IMG/VR virus record: IMGVR_UViG_3300023197_000044
Location: 1 to 57,376 of that record
Length of the DNA: 57,376 nucleotides
Strand: one strand, 5' to 3'
Origin: a virus
Taxonomy: Duplodnaviria; Caudoviricetes
This document shows positions 18,877 through 27,735 of this stretch, in pieces. The number at the start of each line of letters is the position of its first letter. The stretch's first letter is position 1. The notes under the pieces were generated by a model that was not told the origin of the DNA, made no database searches, and saw only the letters and a list, made by a program, of their open reading frames with translations. Made by a program: the position numbers and the translations under genes.

Positions 18877-19464
18877 TTACAGTGCGTGCTCGTCGAATAC
18901 GTGGACGGTCTCGAATGCCACGTCGCAGAATCGCATGTCCCCGCTGATCCGCACGTCACGAGCGAACGCCTCGTAGTCGAAGTAATACCGGAGATTTTCC
19001 GGCATGTCGTTCAGCAATCCTGCGGATTCGACGTATTCCATTGCCCAATACTCGGCGCTCTTGAAAGTGCCCCGGTAAGCCCGTGCGAATCCATCTTCCC
19101 ATTCTTCGGGATCGTAGCCGATGTCTTCGGCTATCTCGACGAATTTCTCTGCCGACGACGAATCATCCGTGTAGCTCAGGAGCTCGACGTAGCAGAGCAT
19201 AGCGCGGAGCCCGTCACGGCCCGGATACTCGGAATACAGTGCCCGTGGGAAGCCTTCGAAGTCGTGGACTGCCCATTCTTCAACGGGTCCCGTCATTCCG
19301 TCGAGCAAGTCCCGATCCCACTCGTCCAACAGGCACGAGATAGCATTCATCAACTCGTCAACGTCCTCGTATTCGGGAAGGTAGAGCCAACGGCCTCGGA
19401 GGTGTCCGGCATTGTATGCTGCAAGATCGGCGACGTAGATTTTCGGCGTCGTGTGGTGTCGCAT
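18877..19464 (-). CDS. ardA: Antirestriction protein ArdA
   Basis: PKIYVADLAAYNAGHLRGRWL, EEWAVHDFE and YYFDYEAFARD; start refined to ATG 19464. Confidence 0.93.
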   Translation of the reverse strand: MRHHTTPKIYVADLAAYNAGHLRGRWLYLPEYEDVDELMNAISCLLDEWDRDLLDGMTGPVEEWAVHDFEGFPRALYSEYPGRDGLRAMLCYVELLSYTDDSSSAEKFVEIAEDIGYDPEEWEDGFARAYRGTFKSAEYWAMEYVESAGLLNDMPENLRYYFDYEAFARDVRISGDMRFCDVAFETVHVFDEHAL

Positions 19465-19553
19465 GGTTGTCTTCGCTCTCGTGTTAGAATGAGCCCCGGT
19501 AAGGGCGTGAGTGTTGGCGTAGGGGGCGGGGAACCGCCCCGTGCCCGTCCAGG

Positions 19554-19886
19554 CTACGCGGCGCCGTAGTGCTCGTCTTCGTATGCTCGGAATCGCTTGC
19601 GCACCGGCTCGACTGAATCCGGTTCGATGCGTCGGAGTCCGCCCTTCGCGGCCCACGATTCTACCTCATCACACGAGCCCCAAGAATCGGCGGGAATGTA
19701 GTTGAACATGAAGGCCCAAAGCGCCGGAATGCCTTTGACGTTGTTGCTGTCCGCATTGCGGAACGTGCGGCTCAGGTCGTTCTTGAGTGCCGACGTGAGG
19801 AATCCACCCGGCATTTCGCCGTCGATTACGTAATCCTCCAGGGATTCGAGCGTGTAGAACGGGATAACAGGCTTGTTCGATAGCAT
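19554..19886 (-). CDS. Hypothetical phage protein
   Basis: PGGFLTSALKNDL...PADSWGS; hairpin 19916-19931 upstream. Confidence 0.72.
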   Translation of the reverse strand: MLSNKPVIPFYTLESLEDYVIDGEMPGGFLTSALKNDLSRTFRNADSNNVKGIPALWAFMFNYIPADSWGSCDEVESWAAKGGLRRIEPDSVEPVRKRFRAYEDEHYGAA

Positions 19887-19934
19887 GGTTTTTCGATTCG
19901 ATTCGTGGGGGGAAGGGCGCCGGTAAGCGCCTCG

Positions 19935-20018
19935 TTAGATGCTCAGGGATGCGCGGAGAAAGTGCCCGATGTCCGTGTACCCTGCTGCCTCTGCGTAGCT
20001 GTCCAGATCGTCTTTCAT
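19935..20018 (-). CDS. 27-aa peptide MKDDLDSYAEAAGYTDIGHFLRASLSI (not in the ORF track)
   Basis: Has both the hairpin (20042-20055) and AAAACAACCATG; read by hand. Confidence 0.55.
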   Translation of the reverse strand: MKDDLDSYAEAAGYTDIGHFLRASLSI

Positions 20019-20085
20019 GGTTGTTTTCGGTCGGTTGTGGTGCGCCGGTAAGCGCTTCGTTGAGTTGGTGTCAGCATGGTTAGGC

Positions 20086-20328
20086 TTATATCATCTGCCC
20101 AAGGTGCGACCTTTTCAGGGGGACATTAACGTGCCCCTCAATTACAGCAAGGGCATGGGCGGTATCCTCAACATCCTCCAGTTGAAGGGTGTCCCTGTAT
20201 TCGTGTGCTTCGGAGAAACGGCATACACCTTTGACTGCGGCTCGCTCGGGATCTTGCGCCGTTATTTTGGTGGATTGTATGCCGTTTTGGAACGGCGTCT
20301 CAGAATGTACGATCACAGTGTATTTCAT
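20086..20328 (-). CDS. Hypothetical protein
   Basis: Co-oriented ORF; partial motif ACACCATG. Confidence 0.6.
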   Translation of the reverse strand: MKYTVIVHSETPFQNGIQSTKITAQDPERAAVKGVCRFSEAHEYRDTLQLEDVEDTAHALAVIEGHVNVPLKRSHLGQMI

Positions 20329-20402
20329 GGTGTTAGATTGGATGAATGAGGAAGCTCTAAAGTCTTAATGCCTTGCTTATATCGGGGTTCGGCTCTGTCT
20401 GA

Positions 20403-20744
20403 TTAGCGGTAAATTGCTTGCTTGCCCCATCGGGCGAATTTGTCGGCGTCTACGGCGTTCTTCCATCTCGTGTACGGTTCCGGCGCTTCTCCGCGCTTTG
20501 TGTATTTCCGGTACTGTATCATTCCGTCACGGACCCGGATTTCAGCCTTGCGCCCCGTCCACCAATCGGACGGGTCGAAGATGCCGATGATAGCGCCCAG
20601 TCCTTTCATGCGCTTAAAGTGCGTGTTCTGGTAGTGCGCCACGGTCGTGGTGCCGAAATTTGGCCCGAATCCCATCCGTGCGCTCCAGGATAGGAGGCTG
20701 CGCAGTTCGTCGTTGTCGTTCGTGTCCGGTGGAAGCGTTGGCAT
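20403..20744 (-). CDS. Hypothetical protein
   Basis: AAAGACAACCATG defines the start at 20744; hairpin 20764-20775. Confidence 0.7.
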   Translation of the reverse strand: MPTLPPDTNDNDELRSLLSWSARMGFGPNFGTTTVAHYQNTHFKRMKGLGAIIGIFDPSDWWTGRKAEIRVRDGMIQYRKYTKRGEAPEPYTRWKNAVDADKFARWGKQAIYR

Positions 20745-20796
20745 GGTTGTCTTTAGGTTAGGTGCGTGGTAACGCGGTTCGGTGCCCCTACTCGTG

Positions 20797-21408
20797 TTAG
20801 CAGTTGTTCGCAATCAGGGCGTGAAGTGCCGATTTTTTCAGCATCTCGGCGTGCTCGTCGTCGTTGATCTGATTCGATGGGCTCCAGTATTCCATTACTT
20901 CCAGATCGTCGCCGATCTGTAGGAAAAAATCCCGGTAGGGCGGTCGGTCGTTGTGCCGGTTGTTTGCCCACAGGTGCATCCATCCGTCACGCCCGAATTT
21001 CAGTTCGGTGTGGAAGTGCTCAATGTCTTCGATGTCGAACGTGGACACAATCGTCGTCGAACCGTCGATGTCGAACGGTTCACTGGCATTGCCAAGACGG
21101 ATGAAAAACTGCCCCTGCCCCTCCGCTTCGCGGGCTTCGTCCTCGGCAATCTGTAGCTCGTCGAGCACACCAAAATCGGCGAGATAATTCCACGCCGCCT
21201 GTTCGTGCCCCGCAATGACTGCGACGGTGCGGAAATACGACGATTCGAACAGATACATCGTCGACGATCCGTAGGAGTCCGCCACGAGGCTCGTAAGCGT
21301 GTCGTCGCCTTCGATAACCGGCACATCCTCCGCTCGGCGTTCGTGCTTGTGCGGCATACTGTGCGCCGTTACAGTGATTCGCGGGCAGTTCTGCGTTGTG
21401 TCTTCCAT
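20797..21408 (-). CDS. Acidic hypothetical phage protein
   Basis: AAAAGACAACCATG at start. Confidence 0.75.
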   Translation of the reverse strand: MEDTTQNCPRITVTAHSMPHKHERRAEDVPVIEGDDTLTSLVADSYGSSTMYLFESSYFRTVAVIAGHEQAAWNYLADFGVLDELQIAEDEAREAEGQGQFFIRLGNASEPFDIDGSTTIVSTFDIEDIEHFHTELKFGRDGWMHLWANNRHNDRPPYRDFFLQIGDDLEVMEYWSPSNQINDDEHAEMLKKSALHALIANNC

Positions 21409-22265
21409 GGTTGTCTTTTGTTGATAAGTAGGGGAATGCGCCTTCGGTGCGATAGCACGTTCGGCGCCGTGCTTAGGTACTTATTCAGCGTCCAAAATCG
21501 TGGACACTGTATCGTTGGAACGGGCGGAACTGCCCCGCCTCCGTTACATCCGGCTAAAGCCGGTTCGCGGTTGTCTATTCCGTTCCAAATCCACTGAGGG
21601 TAACGCTGGGGTGAACCGCCTTTGGTGCCCGTAGAGGGCGGTTGGGGCGGTCAATTTTCCACAGATTCAGCGCTCTGTCTTCTTTCACGATTCCTGTATT
21701 TTCACGGCCCAGGAGTCGGCCCGGCACAATCCGGCGCCTACATGTTCGGCACCGGCACGCGCCCCACTTGACAGAGTGATATAAGGGGCGGTTATGTGCG
21801 CTTCTATGTGTAGGGAAGGGCTTGCGACGGCAGAGCATTAGGGGTGTCCCCCATCCAGGTCCACGAACACGCCATTTCTGACGCTTCCATTAGGAGTGGA
21901 TTATGCTTCGCAGTCCCTACACGCAATATGTAAAGAACAGGTGAGTCAAGGTGCGCTTCAGCGTACAGGTACAGGGATCGCATCCACTGTGCCCGCTTCA
22001 GAGTGCGGACCTTGCGCATGTGCTGCCACACGTTCACCGTGGGATGAGCCTTGTTCTCCGCTTCAACGTACCCACTAAAGAGCGTTCACCGTTGCGGCAC
22101 GGAGACTTGTGCCCACGTACAGCGCTTGTTCTCGGCGCCGCACATGCCCCGCCTATGGTCGGGCGGAATCACACTACAATTTCAAGGAACGGTAAGGTGC
22201 TTGACTTGGGGGCACCGGGCGGGATTGAACCGCCCGACAGTGCGCCAGCGTGCCCGGTCGCGTTC

Positions 22266-22400
22266 CTACCTATTCTTCCGTTCGCTATTCTGTAGCGCGA
22301 CTGAAATTCCGCCCAGGAGCATGTCAATTCCCAGCGTGGTGCCGAACAACAGGGCCGGAATGAGAATGAGGTGCGCGAGAATCTGACCAGCGAAGATCAT
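22266..22400 (-). CDS. 44-aa hydrophobic membrane peptide (not in the ORF track)
   Basis: MIFAGQILAHLILIPALLFGTTLGIDMLLGGISVALQNSERKNR; preceded by hairpin 22434-22451 and TAAGACAACC. Confidence 0.6.
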   Translation of the reverse strand: MIFAGQILAHLILIPALLFGTTLGIDMLLGGISVALQNSERKNR

Positions 22401-22704
22401 AACAAATCGGTTGTCTTATTTGTGGATGAATGTCGAGCCCGGTAAGGCCCGTTTCCGTTTCCCGTTTCCGTTGCCCCCTTTCCCCTTTCCTCGCAAGCTT
22501 ACACGGGGGGGAGGGGGGGGCGGTTGTGGTAGTTGGGTGAAGCCGTGGTATGTGAATATGTTCACACACATGCCGTTTATGGGGGCTGGAGTGCGGAAAA
22601 ATCATAAAGGGGGCGGGGGAGGGTTACTTGGCTTGCCCCGCTCTCAGACCAGCTCAATATATCACAGATCACCCCCCTATTAGCCCCCTCCATGACCCAT
22701 TGTT

Positions 22705-22730
22705 TGTACGTATATACGTACAGGTATAAT
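22705..22730 (+). promoter_or_regulatory. Perfect 18-bp palindrome next to a TATAAT box in the divergent early/late region
   Basis: TGTACGTATATACGTACA (22705-22722), then GG and TATAAT (22725-22730). Confidence 0.6.
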
Positions 22731-22884
22731 TAACTGCGACCCACACCGCAAAACCGATTGCCGCATTATGAAATTACCTGTACCATGATGGTACGCTGAC
22801 GCCGGAAGGCACAGCCTCTCAGAGGCCCTTTACTCTCTTACCGGAAATTAGAGGGTCTGAACACGCACATACACAAAGACAACC

Positions 22885-23451
22885 ATGCACAACTCAAACG
22901 AAGGCATCCTCGACGATCTGCGGGGCGCACGGTACAGTTATTTGGCGTGCCCCTACACTCACGACAGCCCCGCCGTTGAGGAGCACAGGGCGACGGCAGC
23001 TACCCGTCTTGCGACGTGGCTCACCGAGCGATATGTGACTGTATTCAGCCCGCTCACGCAGTCGAAGGAGATGGTAGAGCAGGGAGCCAGGGACGGTATC
23101 TCGCTCCCGACCGAATACGACTTCTGGCAGAAGCATGACCGGGCGTTCGTATCGCTCTCCTCGGCGCTCGTGATTCTGGCACTGGAGGGATGGGCGCAGT
23201 CCACGGGAGTCACTGACGAGATCCACACGGCCCTCGACAATTCCCTGCCCGTCTTCTTGGCGATCCCGCACCCACCGGAAAGCGGTGACGAACGGTACTC
23301 GATCAAGCGGGCTCCCTACAGCATCGACGGCAACCGGAACGAGGTTGACGTTGAGGGTCACGTCTACACGGAGCCCTTCGAGTACGCGGCAGAGGAGGTT
23401 GCGGAGGACGCGATCACCCTCAAGTCACTCGGCTTCGACCCGATCCCGTAG
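22885..23451 (+). CDS. DUF1937-family protein (nucleoside deoxyribosyltransferase-like fold)
   Basis: YLACPYTH, VFSPLTQS, FW..HD, LEGWAQSTGVTDEI. Confidence 0.8.
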   Translation: MHNSNEGILDDLRGARYSYLACPYTHDSPAVEEHRATAATRLATWLTERYVTVFSPLTQSKEMVEQGARDGISLPTEYDFWQKHDRAFVSLSSALVILALEGWAQSTGVTDEIHTALDNSLPVFLAIPHPPESGDERYSIKRAPYSIDGNRNEVDVEGHVYTEPFEYAAEEVAEDAITLKSLGFDPIP

Positions 23452-23472
23452 CCCCGCACAACTCCCTGCCCG

Positions 23473-23670
23473 ATGGCAAACAAGAGAGCCTGTCGCAACT
23501 GCCGATTCAGTGAACAAACCTACTACCCCTGCGAGGCCCTGCCCAAGTGCGGGCACCCCGAGGAGCCGAAGGGGAAGGTCCGCAAGGACCACTTCTGCCT
23601 GAAGTGGCGCGAGCGAGACGAGGAAGAGACCGCACCCCGAGACGAATTTGATAACCCCTACGATGGCTAA
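23473..23670 (+). CDS. Small Cys-rich protein
   Basis: CRNC...C...C...C pattern. Confidence 0.6.
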   Translation: MANKRACRNCRFSEQTYYPCEALPKCGHPEEPKGKVRKDHFCLKWRERDEEETAPRDEFDNPYDG

Positions 23671-24250
23671 CCGATCAATACCACACGAGACCGTTCTGCG
23701 GGGCTTCGTGATGTACCTGGAGTACATGAGCTTCGCGGAAATCTCGCGCTACGACGACATGCCCCACGAGGATACGCTTTCCCGCTGGGCAAAGGAGGGA
23801 GAGGGGACCGAGGGCTACCCATGGCACAAGATCCGCGAAATGACTGCCTCACGGCGAGCCATGGTGTCCTACCACCGGGAGATAGGGGAGAGGGCGCAGA
23901 AGCCGTGGGAGGAGAAGGTCGACGAGATGGCACAGGACCTCCTCGACGCCCGCGATACCGTCATGCAGGCTATCGAGGACGGCACGCACAAGGAGGTGAA
24001 GATCAAGGACCTCATCGACATCATCAAAGCCGAATCCCTGATCCACGGGAAGGCGACGCAGCGCACCGAGGAGATGGCAGACATGACGCAGATGCTCGCC
24101 ACTATCGTTGCGAACCGCGTCCGCCAGAACCTCCAGGACCAGAACCTCGCCGACCGCATCTTGGATCTCATTGCCCAGGACTTCGAGGCTGCACGCGCCT
24201 CTGGTGGCGACCTCAGCGACATCAACCAGATAGGTCCCAGCGGACAATGA
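23663..24250 (+). CDS. Putative terminase small subunit (N-terminal HTH)
   Basis: MSFAEISRYDDMPHEDTLSRWAKEG HTH followed by a helical region; upstream of the large terminase. Confidence 0.55.
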   Translation: MANRSIPHETVLRGFVMYLEYMSFAEISRYDDMPHEDTLSRWAKEGEGTEGYPWHKIREMTASRRAMVSYHREIGERAQKPWEEKVDEMAQDLLDARDTVMQAIEDGTHKEVKIKDLIDIIKAESLIHGKATQRTEEMADMTQMLATIVANRVRQNLQDQNLADRILDLIAQDFEAARASGGDLSDINQIGPSGQ

Positions 24251-24426
24251 TTTCAGAAGGAGACACCGTTATCGTTTCGAGCGGCCCGCCGCACTATCGC
24301 GGCAAAACCGGAGTCGTCTCTAAGGTCCTCTCGAAGCGGAACAGGTACGATTTCATGGTGGAACTCGACTCGAAGCACTACGGGCTTGCCTTCCACGACT
24401 CCGAACTCGCATCCCTGCCCCATTAA
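24247..24426 (+). CDS. 59-aa KOW-motif protein
   Basis: MISEGDTVIVSSGPPHYRGKTGVVSKV fits the KOW consensus; ATGA-coupled to the upstream gene. Confidence 0.7.
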   Translation: MISEGDTVIVSSGPPHYRGKTGVVSKVLSKRNRYDFMVELDSKHYGLAFHDSELASLPH

Positions 24427-24469
24427 CAGCCCGCAGTGGCGCTTACCGGCGTTCAGGGCAAAGACAACC

Positions 24470-24655
24470 ATGCTGATAGACCACTTCTCTCCGATCCGGC
24501 GCACTACCCACCGCACGCCCCCGAAATACCGGCGCATTGCGGTCAAGCTGGCGAAGGGCTACCCGCTTGCCGAGGTAGGCTACCTGTTTGGCGTTTCAGG
24601 CGCCGCAGTGCAGAAGTGGGTAGAGGATGATAAGCGGTACAACCCCAACTCATAA
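24470..24655 (+). CDS. Small HTH protein
   Basis: GYPLAEVGYLFGVSGAAVQKWV; hairpin and AAAGACAACCATG at start. Confidence 0.75.
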   Translation: MLIDHFSPIRRTTHRTPPKYRRIAVKLAKGYPLAEVGYLFGVSGAAVQKWVEDDKRYNPNS

Positions 24656-24683
24656 CTGAGGGCTTACCGGCCCCAAGACAACC

Positions 24684-25358
24684 ATGCAAAACGCACTATT
24701 CGTACCCATCACACCGTCCATTTTGACGGATATTCGGGTCCCCGAGGACCGGGCAAAGAAGTCCTCGACGCCGATCTCGCAGACAATGGGGCAGTACGGC
24801 GTGTGCGGCCCCACCGAACAGGCGCACTTTCTCGGACAGATCCTCGTTGAGAGCGCCAATCTGCGCTACACAGAAGAGGTTTGGGGGCCTACAGCGGCCC
24901 AGCGGCGCTACGACACCCGCACCGACCTCGGAAACACCCCTGAGCGGGACGGAGACGGGCGGAAATACTCTGGTCGAGGCATCATTCAGGTCACCGGGAA
25001 GGACAACTATCGGCGATTCCAGGAGCACCTGCGGAATCACCACGGAATGACCTACGATCTCGTGGACGACCCCTCGCCGGTCGCCGAGGCGCCCCTGAAT
25101 TGCATGTGTGCGGGCTGGTATTGGGCCTCTCACGGCATTAGCGAGGTCGCAGCGAAGGGCGTGGAGCTTCGGTGGGCTCGCCGAGTGACCGAGATCATCA
25201 ATGGCGGGCACAACCACCTGAAAGAGCGGAGCCAGATCACCATGCGGGCCTACGAGGTGCTACTGGAGGGCCTAAAGCGGAAGCACGACGAGAAAGTCAC
25301 CGTGTTCTCGCCCGAGACGGCTTCGACCAGGATAGAAGTGCCGCACGTACCCCTCTAA
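24684..25358 (+). CDS. Endolysin, glycoside hydrolase family 19
   Basis: AHFLGQILVES, YSGRGIIQVTGKDNY, AGWYW, INGGHN. Confidence 0.93.
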   Translation: MQNALFVPITPSILTDIRVPEDRAKKSSTPISQTMGQYGVCGPTEQAHFLGQILVESANLRYTEEVWGPTAAQRRYDTRTDLGNTPERDGDGRKYSGRGIIQVTGKDNYRRFQEHLRNHHGMTYDLVDDPSPVAEAPLNCMCAGWYWASHGISEVAAKGVELRWARRVTEIINGGHNHLKERSQITMRAYEVLLEGLKRKHDEKVTVFSPETASTRIEVPHVPL

Positions 25359-25392
25359 TCGGCCCTTACTGGGGCCTCAACCTCAAGACACC

Positions 25393-27225
25393 ATGCGCAG
25401 ACGGAATAGCGGGCAAAAAGACCCCATAACGGACGCTTTCAAGCAGGGATTAGGCACCGACAGCCGCCCGGACTACAAAAACCCTGCTTCCCCGAGCTTC
25501 TTCGGCCCCCTGGACATGCCCTGGGGCCACGGCAAGATGCCCCGCGAGTATCCGCGTGATGGCGCCCCTCTATGGGCTCGATTCGCCTGGAACGGGCTCG
25601 ATGGCTACCGAAACCCGAAGAATGAGCAGGGGGTCGTCAAGCCGACCGAGTGCGCACAGAAGCGGAAGGACTTCTTCGCCTCTGAAGGCGTCCACGTCGA
25701 CCCTGAGCCCGGCATCCTCGGAGACTACGCCGAGGTGGGGGCGGTCGGGGCGAAGGGCTCAGGCAAGTCATTCACGTTCGGCATGGCGTCGAACGCCCGA
25801 GTGCAGAAGTACCCCGGCTTCAAGATGGCGATTGTCGCCAACTCGTACGATCAGGCTTGGGGCTCCGGGGCCGAGAAGCTGGCGAAGGTCGCCCGCGCTA
25901 TGGGAATCGAGTTCCAGGTGCGCGGCGAAATGATGATCGACGACTTCAAGCACCGCAACGTCTACTACTTCCCGAAATTCAACTCGAAGGTCTGCATCCT
26001 CTCCTTCGACAACATCGACCTGATCGAGGGGACGGAGTGGGATGGCTTCTGGTTCGAGGAGATCCAGGACTGCGACATCGCAGACATCCAGACCGCCGTG
26101 TCCCGTGCCCGTCGAGGCGTCTGCCCGCCGTTCTTCTACTACGCCGGGATGCCCGACGACAAGAACCACCCTATGTACGACTACTTCGAGGAGCGGGGCA
26201 TCCCCGTCTACGAGCCGCCCTTCGAGGAGAACCAGCACAACGTCGAGCCCACCTACAAGGCCCAACTGAAGCGGACCTACCGGGGCACCGACGTAGATCG
26301 CTACCTCGACGGCAAGCGTGTCGCCCTGTTCAAGCAGGAGGTGGTACCGGACATGCGCTGGGGAATGCACGTCGAGGGGCGCCACGAGTCCGTCAACGCC
26401 CGCGCTGCGACACTCACAGAGCGCCTATGCACCTACGACCCGTACCGCAAGTTCATCCTGGGCATTGACTTCAACGTCGCCCCGATGTGCATGTCCGTAT
26501 GGCAGATCAAGGAGTGGGACTTCGCCCAGCACACCGCCGAGGACCGGCGCGTGAAGCCTGTGCTCTGCCAAGTCGACGAGTACGAGCTATGGAATGCCAC
26601 CACGAAGATTATGATGGAGGATTTCCTGAACGACTACGAGGATCACCCCGGAGGAGGGATGATCGTCGGTGACGCCACCGGAAACCGTCGTGACACGAGG
26701 AGCCCATCGGAAACCGACTGGACGATCATCAAGAAGGCCCTTGCACCCCTCTATAGCTTCGGCGTCGTGCCGGGGCTCGTCAAGAAACGGAAGCAGGGAC
26801 AGAACAAGGGCGGCGGACGGCGCGGAAGCGGCGGGATCACGTACTCGAACCCGAATAGGAGGGAGACGATCAACCTCCTCAACAACTTTATGATCGACGG
26901 CGACGGGGACCCGCGCATCCTCTTCCTGCCCGACAGCAATTTTGAGTCCGGGGGCGCGGCCTCGTCAGTCGGGAACGCCGAATACGACATGACCTCGAAG
27001 GTCGACGACTCCAACGACAAGTCCGACGACCGCTCCCTGCCCCGGACGCACTTCTTCGATGGTGTGCGCTACGTGGTCTACTTCGTCAACGGGCGCCTCA
27101 TCCACCCCGACAAGGACGAGGTGAGGGGCAACATGGGCGGGGCCGAGGTAGAGACGAAGAATACCTTCCGTGGAGAACCGGACAAGGCCGACCACCTCAA
27201 GGCGTACCTGAACAAGCGCACATAG
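25393..27225 (+). CDS. terL: Terminase large subunit
   Basis: Walker A GAKGSGKS, Walker B FWFEE, nuclease GIDFN, GDATG and HFFDGVRY. Confidence 0.9.
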   Translation: MRRRNSGQKDPITDAFKQGLGTDSRPDYKNPASPSFFGPLDMPWGHGKMPREYPRDGAPLWARFAWNGLDGYRNPKNEQGVVKPTECAQKRKDFFASEGVHVDPEPGILGDYAEVGAVGAKGSGKSFTFGMASNARVQKYPGFKMAIVANSYDQAWGSGAEKLAKVARAMGIEFQVRGEMMIDDFKHRNVYYFPKFNSKVCILSFDNIDLIEGTEWDGFWFEEIQDCDIADIQTAVSRARRGVCPPFFYYAGMPDDKNHPMYDYFEERGIPVYEPPFEENQHNVEPTYKAQLKRTYRGTDVDRYLDGKRVALFKQEVVPDMRWGMHVEGRHESVNARAATLTERLCTYDPYRKFILGIDFNVAPMCMSVWQIKEWDFAQHTAEDRRVKPVLCQVDEYELWNATTKIMMEDFLNDYEDHPGGGMIVGDATGNRRDTRSPSETDWTIIKKALAPLYSFGVVPGLVKKRKQGQNKGGGRRGSGGITYSNPNRRETINLLNNFMIDGDGDPRILFLPDSNFESGGAASSVGNAEYDMTSKVDDSNDKSDDRSLPRTHFFDGVRYVVYFVNGRLIHPDKDEVRGNMGGAEVETKNTFRGEPDKADHLKAYLNKRT

Positions 27226-27243
27226 AGGGGGGTAGGGGGCTCC

Positions 27244-27435
27244 TCAATCGGAGACGACTACAAGGAATATGGCGAGGAGCGTGAGGCCGATAGCCTGGAG
27301 GGCGTACCCCGCTGCGATTCCGGCGGCGATTATTAGCGCGAAGGCGGCGATGCCGATTCCCTTCCAGGGCATATCCGGGCTTGGAATGACTTCGCGGTCG
27401 GTGATCTCCTGCCTGTTCTGATTGAAGTTAGACAT
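27244..27435 (-). CDS. Small membrane protein
   Basis: Two hydrophobic segments; TAGACAACCACCATG leader. Confidence 0.65.
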   Translation of the reverse strand: MSNFNQNRQEITDREVIPSPDMPWKGIGIAAFALIIAAGIAAGYALQAIGLTLLAIFLVVVSD

Positions 27436-27735
27436 GGTGGTTGTCTATGCTGAATAAGGAGCTTTGAGCGCACGATAACGCCCATCAGGATTATATGTAT
27501 CAGACTTGCCAATAGCGAGTCTGGAAACGCACTGGGGGGCAGGGGGGGGCGATAAAATGGGAGGGATGCCCGTCCCCGCAAGATGCCGTTAAAACTACCT
27601 TGATGATGGAGTCTCCTATGTCCTTTCAGGCTCACGTTGAGTAGCTTGCACGAGTTGTTAATTGGGCCTTATTGGCTGCGGCTAACATCCTCTCCCAAAA
27701 AGCTACTCTTTGCATAAAGCGCACAGTCGCCCTCC

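Noticed and set aside
19069-19082. CGGTAA inside ardA
   Set aside because: The flanks (GCCC/GCCC) do not pair and no start follows; chance match.
22421-22429. DnaA-box-like TCATCCACA (minus strand)
   Set aside because: A single mismatched copy without clustering; insufficient evidence for an origin.
15400-22450. CRISPR array or integron attC cassette interpretation of the repeated leaders
   Set aside because: Repeats are short, variable in stem sequence and separated by whole genes; no cas genes, integron integrase or attC core sites are visible.
22705-22722. Telomere resolution site of a linear plasmid-phage
   Set aside because: No protelomerase gene is recognisable and the element is integrated through att sites.
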